From Methanobacteriota archaeon (lineage in GTDB: Archaea > Thermoplasmatota > Poseidoniia > Poseidoniales > Poseidoniaceae), in contig JABJMO010000009.1 of NCBI GenBank assembly GCA_018659375.1, forward strand, positions 36,320 to 100,319: a DNA stretch of 64,000 nt. Reading direction: 5' to 3'. The translations under genes and the position numbers were made by a program. Under the pieces are notes generated by a model. The model had not been told where the DNA came from and ran no database searches. It worked only from the letters and a program-made list of their open reading frames with translations. Numbering within the stretch: the stretch's first letter is position 1; each line of letters opens with the position of its first letter. This document shows, in pieces, positions 38,452 to 48,535 of the stretch.

Positions 38452-39386
38452 CTAGAATGGCGGCAACTAGAGACGGCTACGGCCAAGCCTTACTAGATTT
38501 GGCAGACAATGAAAAAGTAGTGGTTCTGGAAGCTGATTTAGGTAAGTCTACTAAATCACTACACTTCAGGAAGCAATATCCTGAGAGGACAATTTCCTGC
38601 GGTATAGGTGAACAAAACATGTTGCTGACCGCAGCGGGATTAGCGTCATCTGGATTCATACCATTTGCCAGTACATTTGCAATATTTACCGAACGTGCAT
38701 TCGAACAAATGAGAAATGGTGTTGCCAGACCAAACCTAGCTGTACACTTGTGTGGCAGTCATGGCGGAACACATACTGGAACCGATGGGTCATCTGCACA
38801 ATCGATTGAAGATTTAGCGATATTTAGAACACTACCTAACGTGGTAGTACTGCACCCTTGTGATGATGTAAGCACTCGGTTGTTAACCATGCAATTGGCT
38901 GATTTATCTCAACCATCATACACAAGAACTGCAAGAAATAAAACCCCAGTAATGTACGACGGCAGAGAATCTGAGATAGAAATTGGCAAAGGTGTAATAA
39001 TTAAACAGGGCACAGATGTGGCCATAATTGCTTGTGGAGTTATGGTATCCGAGTCTATCAAGGCTGCTGAACAATTGATCTCCGAAGGAATTTCTGCAAC
39101 CGTGATTGATATGCACACCATCAAGCCACTCGATGAAGAATTAATCGAAACAATGGCAAAATCATGTGGGGCGATTGTAACGGCAGAAGATCACAACATC
39201 ATCGGTGGTTTAGGTGGCGCAGTAGCAGAATATCTAAGCTCAAATATTCCTACGCCGTTAGAAAGGGTTGGAGTAAAAGATAGATTTGGTGAATCTGGTC
39301 AAGCGGATGAAATGCTTGATTTGATGGAAATATCATCACCTCATATAGCATCTGCAGCGATTAGAGCAATTAATCGCAAGAAATGA
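38448..39386 (+). CDS. Transketolase, C-terminal subunit
   Basis: GIGEQNM, DGSSAQSIED, TIKPLD, EDHNIIGGLG, DRFGESG; TTG start with GGTGAGGTGG SD. Confidence 0.94.
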   Translation: MTRMAATRDGYGQALLDLADNEKVVVLEADLGKSTKSLHFRKQYPERTISCGIGEQNMLLTAAGLASSGFIPFASTFAIFTERAFEQMRNGVARPNLAVHLCGSHGGTHTGTDGSSAQSIEDLAIFRTLPNVVVLHPCDDVSTRLLTMQLADLSQPSYTRTARNKTPVMYDGRESEIEIGKGVIIKQGTDVAIIACGVMVSESIKAAEQLISEGISATVIDMHTIKPLDEELIETMAKSCGAIVTAEDHNIIGGLGGAVAEYLSSNIPTPLERVGVKDRFGESGQADEMLDLMEISSPHIASAAIRAINRKK

Positions 39387-39411
39387 ATACCATTGTGCTT
39401 ACAGGGCATCC

Positions 39412-41484
39412 ATGAGGAGCAAAGCCATACTCTTGTGCTTGGTCCTAATACTATCTTCAACCATACAGTTTTCCAATCATTTGACACAAACTGAAAGTGT
39501 TTCGCACACAGCACAACAAACCTGCGATGCTAACAGAAATGAAACGTGGACAATTGGCTTAATTTATTGTGATGGTCACATTCAACCTGGTTACACGCTA
39601 TTTTCTCCAATGGCTTCTGAAACATCTTACCTAATCGACCAATATGGTCGAGAAGTACACTCTTGGACATCACCTAACGGATATTCCGGATTATCAAGTT
39701 ACTTATTAGATAACGGGGATTTGCTAAGACCGGTAAATCTTGGCAGTAATCAGCCTGGAGAATTTGCAGCAGGCGGCAGCATGGGCGGGTTTGAAAGAAT
39801 ATCATGGGATGGGGAATTGGAATGGTTTTGGACATACTCCTCTGACCAATATCGTAGTCATCATGACATTGAGCCACTACCAAACGGAAACATTTTGATA
39901 ATTGCATGGGAATATAAAAATTCCACTGAAGCTTTGGAAAAAGGAAAAATCCTAGGCAATGAATCGTCAAAAGCAATTGGAACTAAATCTGTGTGGCCAG
40001 ATAAAGTAGTGGAAATAAAACCTGTAGGAATTGATGATGCTGAGATTGTTTGGGAATGGAGTTTTTGGGACCACACAATACAAAATGTCGATAATACCAA
40101 AGATAACTTTGGCAATATATCTGAGCATCCTGAATTATTAGACATAAATTTTGGTGATTCTGGCCAAGACTGGTTACATTGTAATGGAATCGACTACAAT
40201 CATTTGTCAGACCAGATAGCAATTTCATGCAAAAATACCAATGAAGTATACATCATTGACCATAGTACAACCACTGAGGAAGCAAAAGGTCACACAGGAG
40301 GAAATAGCGGGATGGGTGGAGATTTATTGTACCGCTACGGCAACCCTGAAAGCTATGACAGAGGGGATTCTTCTGACCGAGTATTATTTTCCCAACATGA
40401 TGCTAGATGGATTGAAGATGGTTACCCTGATGAAGGAAAACTAATGATTTTCAATAATGGGAATGGTAGAAATGTATCTTATTCTTCTGTCGATGTCATA
40501 ACTCTTCCAGTTAATGGCAGCAAGTATCTTATCGAAAACAACCAACCATTTGGCCCAAATAATCTTTCATGGGGATGGGATATTGGTACTGATATGTATT
40601 CCCCAATAATATCAGGTAGTACTCGATTAGCAAATGGTAATACTCTAATCACCTTTGGAGTAGAAGGGACCTTTATTGAAGTAAATTATAATGGAGAGAT
40701 AGTGTGGAAATACATCAGTCCTGTGAATAATCTTGGTATAATGAACCAAGGTGATTCCATTTATGATGGAAATGGAAATAAAGTATTCAAAATCACTCGC
40801 TATGATGCAAACTATCCTGGCTTAAAAGGTAGAGAATTAATCCCAATTGACTACATTGAGAATTGGAATAATCAATGTCCTGAGCAAGAATCTATACCTT
40901 ATGATGTGGATGGAGACGGATGTATTGATGATAGCGATAGTGACGGATACAATGATTTTGTTGATATTTGCCCTGGCTATAATGACAGTATTGATGAAGA
41001 CCTAGATACTATACCGGATGGTTGTGATTTGATTATTGATAACGACAATGATGGTATAGATAACGATGAAGACTTATGTGATGGATATAATGACAGAATA
41101 GACATTGATAATGATTTAATTCCAGATGCTTGTGATGAATTAGTAGATTCAGATTTTGATGGGGTTGCAAATGATATTGACTTATGTCCAAATAGCTTAA
41201 TTAGATTTGGAGAAGAGGTTGTTGACAGTAACGGTTGTAGTACTCACCAAATAGATTCAGATTTAGATGGTGTTGAAGATTATTGGGACCTATGTGAAGG
41301 TTTTGATGATAGAATAGATCTCGATAATGATCGAATTATTGACGGTTGTGACGAAAGTATCGAAATTGATGTAAAGCAGACAAATGATGATCAAGGTATG
41401 AATAATGATTTAGAATATCAAATAATATTACTTACAGTAATTATACTCTTCATTGTTGGTTTGTTAGCAAGGAAAAAAGTGTAG
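39412..41484 (+). CDS. Secreted aryl-sulfate sulfotransferase (ASST)-like protein with thrombospondin type-3-like repeats and C-terminal TM anchor
   Basis: Signal peptide; SHHDIEPLPNGNIL, DWLHCNGIDY, QHDARW, FNNG; repeated DxDxDGxxDxCD; terminal TM followed by RKKV. Confidence 0.8.
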   Translation: MRSKAILLCLVLILSSTIQFSNHLTQTESVSHTAQQTCDANRNETWTIGLIYCDGHIQPGYTLFSPMASETSYLIDQYGREVHSWTSPNGYSGLSSYLLDNGDLLRPVNLGSNQPGEFAAGGSMGGFERISWDGELEWFWTYSSDQYRSHHDIEPLPNGNILIIAWEYKNSTEALEKGKILGNESSKAIGTKSVWPDKVVEIKPVGIDDAEIVWEWSFWDHTIQNVDNTKDNFGNISEHPELLDINFGDSGQDWLHCNGIDYNHLSDQIAISCKNTNEVYIIDHSTTTEEAKGHTGGNSGMGGDLLYRYGNPESYDRGDSSDRVLFSQHDARWIEDGYPDEGKLMIFNNGNGRNVSYSSVDVITLPVNGSKYLIENNQPFGPNNLSWGWDIGTDMYSPIISGSTRLANGNTLITFGVEGTFIEVNYNGEIVWKYISPVNNLGIMNQGDSIYDGNGNKVFKITRYDANYPGLKGRELIPIDYIENWNNQCPEQESIPYDVDGDGCIDDSDSDGYNDFVDICPGYNDSIDEDLDTIPDGCDLIIDNDNDGIDNDEDLCDGYNDRIDIDNDLIPDACDELVDSDFDGVANDIDLCPNSLIRFGEEVVDSNGCSTHQIDSDLDGVEDYWDLCEGFDDRIDLDNDRIIDGCDESIEIDVKQTNDDQGMNNDLEYQIILLTVIILFIVGLLARKKV

Positions 41485-41521
41485 CGGATAATTCAAAGAG
41501 TGCCTTCGCACACAGAGCCAC

Positions 41522-42181
41522 ATGGAGTTCTTCTTAGACACCGCAGACGTAGACGAAATAAGGGAAATAGCATCTTGGGGGATATTGGACGGAGTTACAA
41601 CCAATCCGTCACTCATCAAGAAAAGTGGTCGCGATTTCAAGCAAGTAGTTGCAGAAATTGCATCAATCTGTGATGGACCAATTTCAGCCGAGGTAACAGC
41701 TATGGATACTGATGGCATGGTCGCACAGGCTTTGGAATTGAAGGACGAGTTACCAGATAACGTAATTATCAAAATACCATGTGTCCCCGAAGGGCTAGCA
41801 GCGACAAAAATACTTACCGATAAAGGAATCAAAACCAATGTCACATTGATTTTTTCTGCCGCACAAGCGTTGATGGCCGCAAAAGCTGGAGCAACCTACG
41901 TATCTCCATTTATTGGTAGAATTGATGATACTGGCCATGATGGAATGACTCTTATTGCTGAAATAATGGATACTTGGAATAATTACGGTCTTTCTACTAA
42001 AGTTCTAGCCGCCTCTATAAGACATCCAACCCACGTTCTACAATGCATCCAACTTGGAGCACATACTGCCACTATGCCGGCAAAGATTTTCCGCCAACTG
42101 ATGAAACACCCACTAACCGACAAAGGTATTGATGGGTTCATGAAAGATTGGGCAGAGGTTGAAGCGGCTGGAAAAGCATAA
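41522..42181 (+). CDS. tal: Transaldolase (short TalC/FSA-type fold)
   Basis: DTA, GVTTNPS, Schiff-base IKIP, NVTL; ISAEV (Glu) and SPF (Phe) indicate transaldolase rather than FSA. Confidence 0.92.
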   Translation: MEFFLDTADVDEIREIASWGILDGVTTNPSLIKKSGRDFKQVVAEIASICDGPISAEVTAMDTDGMVAQALELKDELPDNVIIKIPCVPEGLAATKILTDKGIKTNVTLIFSAAQALMAAKAGATYVSPFIGRIDDTGHDGMTLIAEIMDTWNNYGLSTKVLAASIRHPTHVLQCIQLGAHTATMPAKIFRQLMKHPLTDKGIDGFMKDWAEVEAAGKA

Positions 42182-42241
42182 TTGTTCAATAAGAGAATTA
42201 TTGAATAAGAAGTGTCCACATAGGTTTACCGGGGAAGACTC

Positions 42242-42838
42242 ATGAGCGATGTCAAGGAACGCTTGAAAAAGTTACTAGATGGTGACTTAGAAGCATCCGA
42301 CATTGCGGAAGATGCTGCATTGGTGAGCCTAGCAGACCGCCTTTACGGAATTAAAATTGCTAATGTTAAACCCGTGAAAGCGAGAGATTTGGAAAACCAA
42401 GTTAGTGGTGTTAATCAACAACCACAACAGTTTGGTCAAACTCCTAGCTTAATGGTGGAAGTAATAGAGCCTGCATCTGCACCTTTGCCAGATTTACCAC
42501 ACTTAGCTATGCCTAAGCTACCAAGTAAAAAGTCTAAATTATCCCCTATGTCTTTACTATCTATCTCTGGATTACTATTTGTCATGTTAAACTTATTTGG
42601 CATGTTTTCGTCGTTGTTTGAATCATCATGTGAAATTGGTTCATGTCGAGGAGATGGTCAAACTAGAATTAACCTCATGGATTTCTATAAATTTGGTGAA
42701 TCTGATGGCTGGTCTTATTCTTTAATGTCAGATGACATGAGTGGCCTTGGAGGCGAAGCAGGAGGAATAGGAATACCTGACTTAGCAGCCCTTATCGGAC
42801 TAACTGGTATAATTATTTTTTACTTCAAAAGAAAGTGA
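42242..42838 (+). CDS. Hypothetical two-TM membrane protein
   Basis: Soluble N-terminal domain, Pro-rich linker, TM, loop with CEIGSC, C-terminal TM then KRK. Confidence 0.7.
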   Translation: MSDVKERLKKLLDGDLEASDIAEDAALVSLADRLYGIKIANVKPVKARDLENQVSGVNQQPQQFGQTPSLMVEVIEPASAPLPDLPHLAMPKLPSKKSKLSPMSLLSISGLLFVMLNLFGMFSSLFESSCEIGSCRGDGQTRINLMDFYKFGESDGWSYSLMSDDMSGLGGEAGGIGIPDLAALIGLTGIIIFYFKRK

Positions 42839-43119
42839 TTAATATGTCACCTGATGGACTCTTATCTGAGGCTATTGCTTATGGCGGAATGCTGTTGATT
42901 CTTGGAGCATTTATTCTAGAAACAAGAGACATACTTGATAGTAAAAATGGCATATATCTTTTGATGATGGCAACAGGTTCCGGATTATTGGGCATTAGAG
43001 CCTTTTTAGTTGAGGAGTGGGCTTTTTTTATTCTTGAAGTCGTATGGTGTTTTGCCGCAATAGTTGCCATCTATGGGATAACAAGAAAAACTAGCCATGA
43101 TGAATCAACATCTTCATGA
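42835..43119 (+). CDS. Small three-TM membrane protein (CBU_0592-like)
   Basis: GMLLILGAF...YLLMMATGS...FFILEVVW pattern; overlaps upstream stop. Confidence 0.6.
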   Translation: MINMSPDGLLSEAIAYGGMLLILGAFILETRDILDSKNGIYLLMMATGSGLLGIRAFLVEEWAFFILEVVWCFAAIVAIYGITRKTSHDESTSS

Positions 43120-43143
43120 GTGATAAACCATCGACTTAACACT

Positions 43144-44673
43144 ATGAGCAAAGGTCCTGCTAAGGCGAAGCGAGGAATACCATCCAAAGTTGATAATTTC
43201 AACGAATGGTACCCGTTTATAGTCGAAGCCTCAGATTTAGTTGACAAGCGCTATCCAATCAAAGGCATGGACGTTTGGCGACCATACGGCTGGAAGACGA
43301 TGAAACTAATTGATGGTTTAACCCATCACGAAATGGAACGTACCGAACATGAAGAAGTAAATTTCCCCCTATTAATTCCAGAAAATTTACTCGACAAAGA
43401 GAATAGTCTTGTCGCTAAGCTCAAACGTGCTCGAGAAGAGGGTGTGGACCCTGACGAACTACGTGATGAAGAAGAAGAAGGTGGCTTCAAGAAAGAGGTC
43501 TATTGGGTAAAACATGCAGGTGATAATGAGCTAGATATGCCTATGTTCCTAAGACCAACATCTGAAACTGCTATGTATACCATGTTTCCGTTATGGATAA
43601 GATCTCACAAAGATTTGCCAATGAAAATATATCAAATGGTTAACACATTTAGGTATGAAACAAAACAAACGCGGTCATTTATTCGAGTAAGAGAAATCCA
43701 TTTCTTTGAAGCCCATACCGCTCATGCAGACGAAGATTGTGCAACAAGACAAATTGCTGAGGATTTAGAAATCGTTGATAATTTGATGCATAAATTATGT
43801 TTGCCAATCATAAAAGCGAAACGCCCAATTTGGGATACATTCCCTGGCGCTTGGTATACCATTGGAATTGACGCTATAATGCCCAATGGAAGAACACTAC
43901 AAGTTGCTTCATGTCACCATTACAGAGACCAATGGGCAAAAGCATTTGATATCAAATATGAAAACAAGGAGGCAAAACAAGAATATTGTCATCAAACAAC
44001 TTACGGAATGTCTGAAAGGTTACTAGGGGCAATAGTTGGGATGCACGGTGATGAAAATGGTTTGATTATGCCACCCGATGTAGCCCCATTCCAAGTAGTA
44101 ATATGCCCAATGATAAGGAAAAACTCAGAAGTAGATACTATCGGGGAAGCCAACAAAATCGCAACTATTTTACGTAATTCTGGACTGCGGGTTAAAGTTG
44201 ATTCAAGAGACATTCATGCCGGTCAAAAATATTATGATTGGGAAATAAAAGGTGTCCCTCTTAGATTAGATATCGGACCCAGGGACATCGCCCAAGGAAC
44301 AGCATTTGGCGCATTGAGGACTGGTGGAAAAGAACCACTCGCAATGGATAATATTGCCGAATTATGCCAAGAAAAGTTATCTGAAATATCTGATGAACTC
44401 AGAAAACGTTCAGCAGCACACATGGATGGAGTTATCAATGAACTACCTCCATTCTCGGAAGAAAACGGAACTTGGTCGATGAATGGAGAAATCCAAGATG
44501 GTAAGATTTACCAAATACCGTTCGAAGGTACTGATGCCCACGCTGAAGTTATTGAAAAAGCAACTGGGTTGACATTCTTAGGTGATGCAACAGATGACTA
44601 TGACAAGGAAGTACCATGCCATATGACCGGCAAAATGACTAAGCGTAGAGTGATATTGGCAAAGACATATTGA
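43144..44673 (+). CDS. proS: Prolyl-tRNA synthetase, archaeal/eukaryotic type
   Basis: FNEWY, LRPTSET, FRYETK, FIRVREI, TYGMSERLLGA, WEIKGVPLR, C-terminal AKTY. Confidence 0.96.
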   Translation: MSKGPAKAKRGIPSKVDNFNEWYPFIVEASDLVDKRYPIKGMDVWRPYGWKTMKLIDGLTHHEMERTEHEEVNFPLLIPENLLDKENSLVAKLKRAREEGVDPDELRDEEEEGGFKKEVYWVKHAGDNELDMPMFLRPTSETAMYTMFPLWIRSHKDLPMKIYQMVNTFRYETKQTRSFIRVREIHFFEAHTAHADEDCATRQIAEDLEIVDNLMHKLCLPIIKAKRPIWDTFPGAWYTIGIDAIMPNGRTLQVASCHHYRDQWAKAFDIKYENKEAKQEYCHQTTYGMSERLLGAIVGMHGDENGLIMPPDVAPFQVVICPMIRKNSEVDTIGEANKIATILRNSGLRVKVDSRDIHAGQKYYDWEIKGVPLRLDIGPRDIAQGTAFGALRTGGKEPLAMDNIAELCQEKLSEISDELRKRSAAHMDGVINELPPFSEENGTWSMNGEIQDGKIYQIPFEGTDAHAEVIEKATGLTFLGDATDDYDKEVPCHMTGKMTKRRVILAKTY

Positions 44674-44693
44674 GCAAGGGTTGAGGGTGCAAA

Positions 44694-45782
44694 ATGACTG
44701 AACTACTGAAATTAACTGAGATTTTGACAGAGGTTCAAAACTTCATCACTGCAGATGGACAAATAGTTCCTGCACAACGTAATTTTTATCAAAATCTTAG
44801 GGTTAAGATGAATAATCATAATGGCTTGTTTAATGAAGCCGAAGTTGGATCTCTGCTGCTAGAAACAAGGTTAGAAGTTTTGGAGTTAACCGATGAGGAT
44901 TATACTGCTATCTATAATATAATAATGGACAGATTCGGGTTAACCAAACGATTGGAAGAGGAAGATCAACTTAGGCAGGAATTGGCCATTAAAGTGAGAC
45001 TTAGAAAAGAGGCTGAGCAAAAAGCCAAAGCTGAAGCAATTACTAAAGAAAAGGCAATTGCTGAAGCAAAAGCCAAAGCCGAAGCTGAACTTAAGGCTCA
45101 AATTGAAGTCGAAGAGCGGTTAATGGCAGAAGCCCAGCAAAGAATTTTAGCTGAAGAAAATGCTCAAAAAGAAGCTGAAGAGAAAATTAGGTTAGAAGAA
45201 GAGGCAAGACTACAAGCTGAAGAAATTGCTAAATTAAAAGAAGCAACTAGACTACAAGCTGAAGCAAATGCGAAACTAGTACATGAAGAAAGTATTCGGT
45301 TAGAGGAAGAGGCTAGAATCAAAGCCGAAATAGAGGCTTCTATGAAAGTTGAACAAGAAGCCAAGATTAAAGCCGAAGAAGAGGCTAGAATCAAAGCTGA
45401 AGAAGAGGCTGAACTCAAAATTATTCAGGACAAGATTAAATTCGAGGAAGATGAAAAACTAAGAATTGCGACCGAAGCACATTTACAGATGGTTGAAGAA
45501 TCTATTAGAATTTCTAACCAAGAGCGTTTGGTTGAGCAAGCAAAAATTGATGCTCAAGTAGATGATGCTAGAAGAATTGCTGAAGAAGAACGTCAACTAG
45601 AGCAAGCAAAAATTGATACTGAAATTGAGAAAGTAAGAATGATGTCTGAACGAGAAGCAGCCCAAAAATTGGCTGAGAAAAACTCCAAACTTGCTGAAGA
45701 AGAAGCAGCACTGGCCGCCAAAGAAGCAGAAGATGCCGCTAATTCAAAGGATATTCCCGATTTGCCACCATTAGATGATTAG
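44694..45782 (+). CDS. Glu/Ala/Lys/Arg-rich long helical protein
   Basis: About 90-aa N-terminal domain then EEEARIKA-type repeats (DNA repeat GAAGAGGCTAGAATCAAAGC at ~45306 and ~45378); ends IPDLPPLDD. Confidence 0.75.
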   Translation: MTELLKLTEILTEVQNFITADGQIVPAQRNFYQNLRVKMNNHNGLFNEAEVGSLLLETRLEVLELTDEDYTAIYNIIMDRFGLTKRLEEEDQLRQELAIKVRLRKEAEQKAKAEAITKEKAIAEAKAKAEAELKAQIEVEERLMAEAQQRILAEENAQKEAEEKIRLEEEARLQAEEIAKLKEATRLQAEANAKLVHEESIRLEEEARIKAEIEASMKVEQEAKIKAEEEARIKAEEEAELKIIQDKIKFEEDEKLRIATEAHLQMVEESIRISNQERLVEQAKIDAQVDDARRIAEEERQLEQAKIDTEIEKVRMMSEREAAQKLAEKNSKLAEEEAALAAKEAEDAANSKDIPDLPPLDD

Positions 45783-45783
45783 T

Positions 45784-47154
45784 TTACATACCAAAAGAGG
45801 ATGGATCGATATCCATATCGCCTTCTTTCATCATCTTACGCATTTGTTTGTTGAGTTTCCTATTGCCACCCATACCTTTCATCATCTTTCTAGAACGGTT
45901 CCATTGCCCAATCAACTCTCTAACATCTTTTTCACGGACGCCTGAGCCTCGGGCAATACGCTTGATTCTATCCGCCTTTATTTTGGCTGGCTCATTTTTC
46001 TCCCAAGCAGTCATACTATCCATGATCGTACGATAACGATCCAAATTACCCTGCATGGCTTGCTTTTGTGATTTAGACATGCCACCTAATCCTCCAAGCA
46101 TATTACCAGGTAAGAACGACATCAACTTGTCAATAGTGCCTACCTTGGACATCATTTCCATTTGTTTGTACATGTCATTCAAGGTGAATCGACCACTCAT
46201 CATACGTTGAGTCAATCTCATTGCTTCTTCTTCATCTAAATCTTCTGGAGCAAGGTCGATCAATCCTTGAATATCTCCCATCCCTAATAATCTTGAAATA
46301 AATCTATCAGATTCAAATTTTTCTAAATCAGTTACTTTTTCTCCAACACCAATATGAACAATTGGTGCACCTGTTGCAGCCACTGCAGAAAGTGCACCTC
46401 CACCTCTAGCAGTACCGTCCAACTTTGTAACAACTATTCCAGTTACACCGGCCAATTGGTGAAATGATGCTGCTACTGGTCCTGCTGCTTGGCCAACTTG
46501 GGCATCAATTACCAACCATCTTTCCGTAGCTCTTGTCAAAGATGCAATATTTTCTAACTCTTCGACTAATTCTTGGTCTAGTTGATGTCTACCTGCTGTA
46601 TCGACAATCACTAAATCTGCTGAAGCACATTCTGCTAGACCGTTACGGACAATTTCTGAGGCATTTTTATTATCTGGCTCACCATAAACAATGACTGTGC
46701 TGTCTTCTAGCAATTGTGATAATTGAGCATAGGCACCTGGTCGGTGAACATCGGCTTCTATTACCGCCACTCTCAGACCGTGCTTTTTACGATACCATTC
46801 TGCTAACTTTGCAGTAGTCGTGGTTTTACCTTGACCATACAAACCAACTAGCAATAGAGTTGCACCTCTAGGTTGGAATTCATGGGCAGGACCTAGAATT
46901 CTAACTAGTTCTGTATAAAGAATATTCATGGCATGTGTTTGAAATGTCAAACCAGGCCTTGGCTCCTCTTCACGTAACTTTGATTCCATGCGTTCAACGA
47001 TTTCTTTGGTTTGTCTTACGTTAAAATCAGCTTCTTGTAAAGCTCTTCTCAGACTTCTAGTCATCTCACGCAATTCATCTTCATCGAGTTTCCTACGGTT
47101 TTTAAGAAAACCAAGAGAACGAAAGATTCCGCGCGAGAGACCTTCGAGTGCCAT
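45784..47154 (-). CDS. srp54: Signal recognition particle protein SRP54
   Basis: GLYGQGKTTT, DVHRPGA, DTAGR, TKLDGTARGGGALS, RLLGMGD, Met-rich M domain with RIARGSG. Confidence 0.96.
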   Translation of the reverse strand: MALEGLSRGIFRSLGFLKNRRKLDEDELREMTRSLRRALQEADFNVRQTKEIVERMESKLREEEPRPGLTFQTHAMNILYTELVRILGPAHEFQPRGATLLLVGLYGQGKTTTTAKLAEWYRKKHGLRVAVIEADVHRPGAYAQLSQLLEDSTVIVYGEPDNKNASEIVRNGLAECASADLVIVDTAGRHQLDQELVEELENIASLTRATERWLVIDAQVGQAAGPVAASFHQLAGVTGIVVTKLDGTARGGGALSAVAATGAPIVHIGVGEKVTDLEKFESDRFISRLLGMGDIQGLIDLAPEDLDEEEAMRLTQRMMSGRFTLNDMYKQMEMMSKVGTIDKLMSFLPGNMLGGLGGMSKSQKQAMQGNLDRYRTIMDSMTAWEKNEPAKIKADRIKRIARGSGVREKDVRELIGQWNRSRKMMKGMGGNRKLNKQMRKMMKEGDMDIDPSSFGM

Positions 47155-47184
47155 GTCAACCCGTCAAGGTTTTCCTCTTTGAAT

Positions 47185-48444
47185 TCATTCCTTGAATAGA
47201 GGAATGTTTAGTCTAAGAACATCTTCTTCTAATTTAGCATCAACTTGATTTGCCTTAACTGGGACGCTTGTTGAGATAGATCGCTCACGGCCATTTAGTC
47301 CTACAAACAATACTCCATCATCGCTGCGAAGTGATAGTTCCTCACGCTTTATTCCGGGAAAATGAAGCTTAATTACTTCATATTCATCGGTAAATTCCCT
47401 GTGCATACCCCTGTGTATTTGATGTTTGACAAGACCCCCAACTTCGTGAGGACCAAGAGATTCATCTACTTGATTAACCGAACCGTATAACTTTTCAGCC
47501 ACAATTCTAAGGTTGTCAACCCCAACCACTTCTTGATCTAATAATTCCATTGAATTAACCTCGACCTCTGTCAATAGTTCTTTCAATTCATCAATTCTAG
47601 TAAGTTCTGCTTGCCGCCTCTTTGCTAAAAATGGATGGTCAAACTCGGGTGTAACTCGATTGACTATGCAAGAGTTAACTGGTAACTTGTATTCTAATAA
47701 CGAATTGTAAGCTCTCACTGTTTCATTGACGCCCATTTTTTCTGGAATAGTAACTAGGGTAAAGGTAGTAAGTTCAGGATCACTCATTACTCTTCTTACA
47801 TGTAACACACGATTTCTGAATTTTTCCAGTTCTTGTTTCATTTCTTGGCTTTCTTTACGGCCAAATAACATTGACCTAATTCCACCAGAAACTCTCATCA
47901 ATCTAAGCAACCTGCCAGACCATGCCTCAATAATTTCTGGCAAAGATAGGAATCTAAGAGTATGCCCGGTAGGAGCAGTGTCAAAGACGATAACATCCCA
48001 ATTAGGGTCTTCTACATGCTTTAGTAATTCATCAAACGCTAGGGCCTCATCCAGTCCGGGTAAAATCATTTCAGAAGTTTTTACATCTGACTTTATGTCA
48101 TCAAATTCCTCTTTCGCCCCAGAATCTAACATCATACTGAGGCCTCCAAGTCCTGGTAAGCCACCGCTAGTGTTCATTCCATCAACCATGTTTCCAAGTT
48201 TTGGCAATAAACTAGATAATTTTGATTCGGGATCCATTTCTAAACCGTATAGTCCCTCGACCCCGTCGATTGGTGTAGGTTCAGTACCTATTTCCACTCC
48301 TAAAGAGTCTGAAGTCGAATGGGCTGGATCACTAGAAACAAGCAGGACTTTTAGACCACAATCTGCAAGATGTACTGCTGTTGCGGTAGAGGTTGTTGTT
48401 TTGCCAACACCACCCTTGCCCCCGAACAATAGTAGCCTTGCCAT
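47185..48444 (-). CDS. ArsA/Get3-family ATPase with C-terminal HSP20/alpha-crystallin-like domain
   Basis: GKGGVGKT, SSDPAHS, DTAPTGH, NR; last ~75 aa LHFPGIKREELSL...AKLEEDVLRLNIP; no CxxC. Confidence 0.88.
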   Translation of the reverse strand: MARLLLFGGKGGVGKTTTSTATAVHLADCGLKVLLVSSDPAHSTSDSLGVEIGTEPTPIDGVEGLYGLEMDPESKLSSLLPKLGNMVDGMNTSGGLPGLGGLSMMLDSGAKEEFDDIKSDVKTSEMILPGLDEALAFDELLKHVEDPNWDVIVFDTAPTGHTLRFLSLPEIIEAWSGRLLRLMRVSGGIRSMLFGRKESQEMKQELEKFRNRVLHVRRVMSDPELTTFTLVTIPEKMGVNETVRAYNSLLEYKLPVNSCIVNRVTPEFDHPFLAKRRQAELTRIDELKELLTEVEVNSMELLDQEVVGVDNLRIVAEKLYGSVNQVDESLGPHEVGGLVKHQIHRGMHREFTDEYEVIKLHFPGIKREELSLRSDDGVLFVGLNGRERSISTSVPVKANQVDAKLEEDVLRLNIPLFKE

Positions 48445-48535
48445 AGTGGTGGCACACATCAAGAGGTCTTTGAATCCAACGGATGAACTTTATTCTTACA
48501 CTCATTTCATGAACTAATACTTCGACGGTCATTTA

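Noticed and set aside
40900-41370. Repeated GATxxxGAT pattern as CRISPR or DNA repeat array
   Set aside because: Degenerate coding repeats (DxDxDG), no identical repeats with spacers and no cas genes
37624-42181. Sulfoglycolysis (sulfo-TK or sulfo-TAL) cluster
   Set aside because: No sulfoquinovosidase, isomerase or sulfoaldehyde dehydrogenase nearby; ASST acts on sulfate esters, not sulfonates
47185-48444. Arsenic resistance operon
   Set aside because: No arsB/acr3/arsC/arsD/arsR, single ATPase domain, metalloid-binding Cys cluster not evident
47726-48517. 263-aa plus-strand ORF
   Set aside because: Antisense to the well-supported ArsA/Get3 gene, no motifs; same applies to 16765-17364 and 36842-37486
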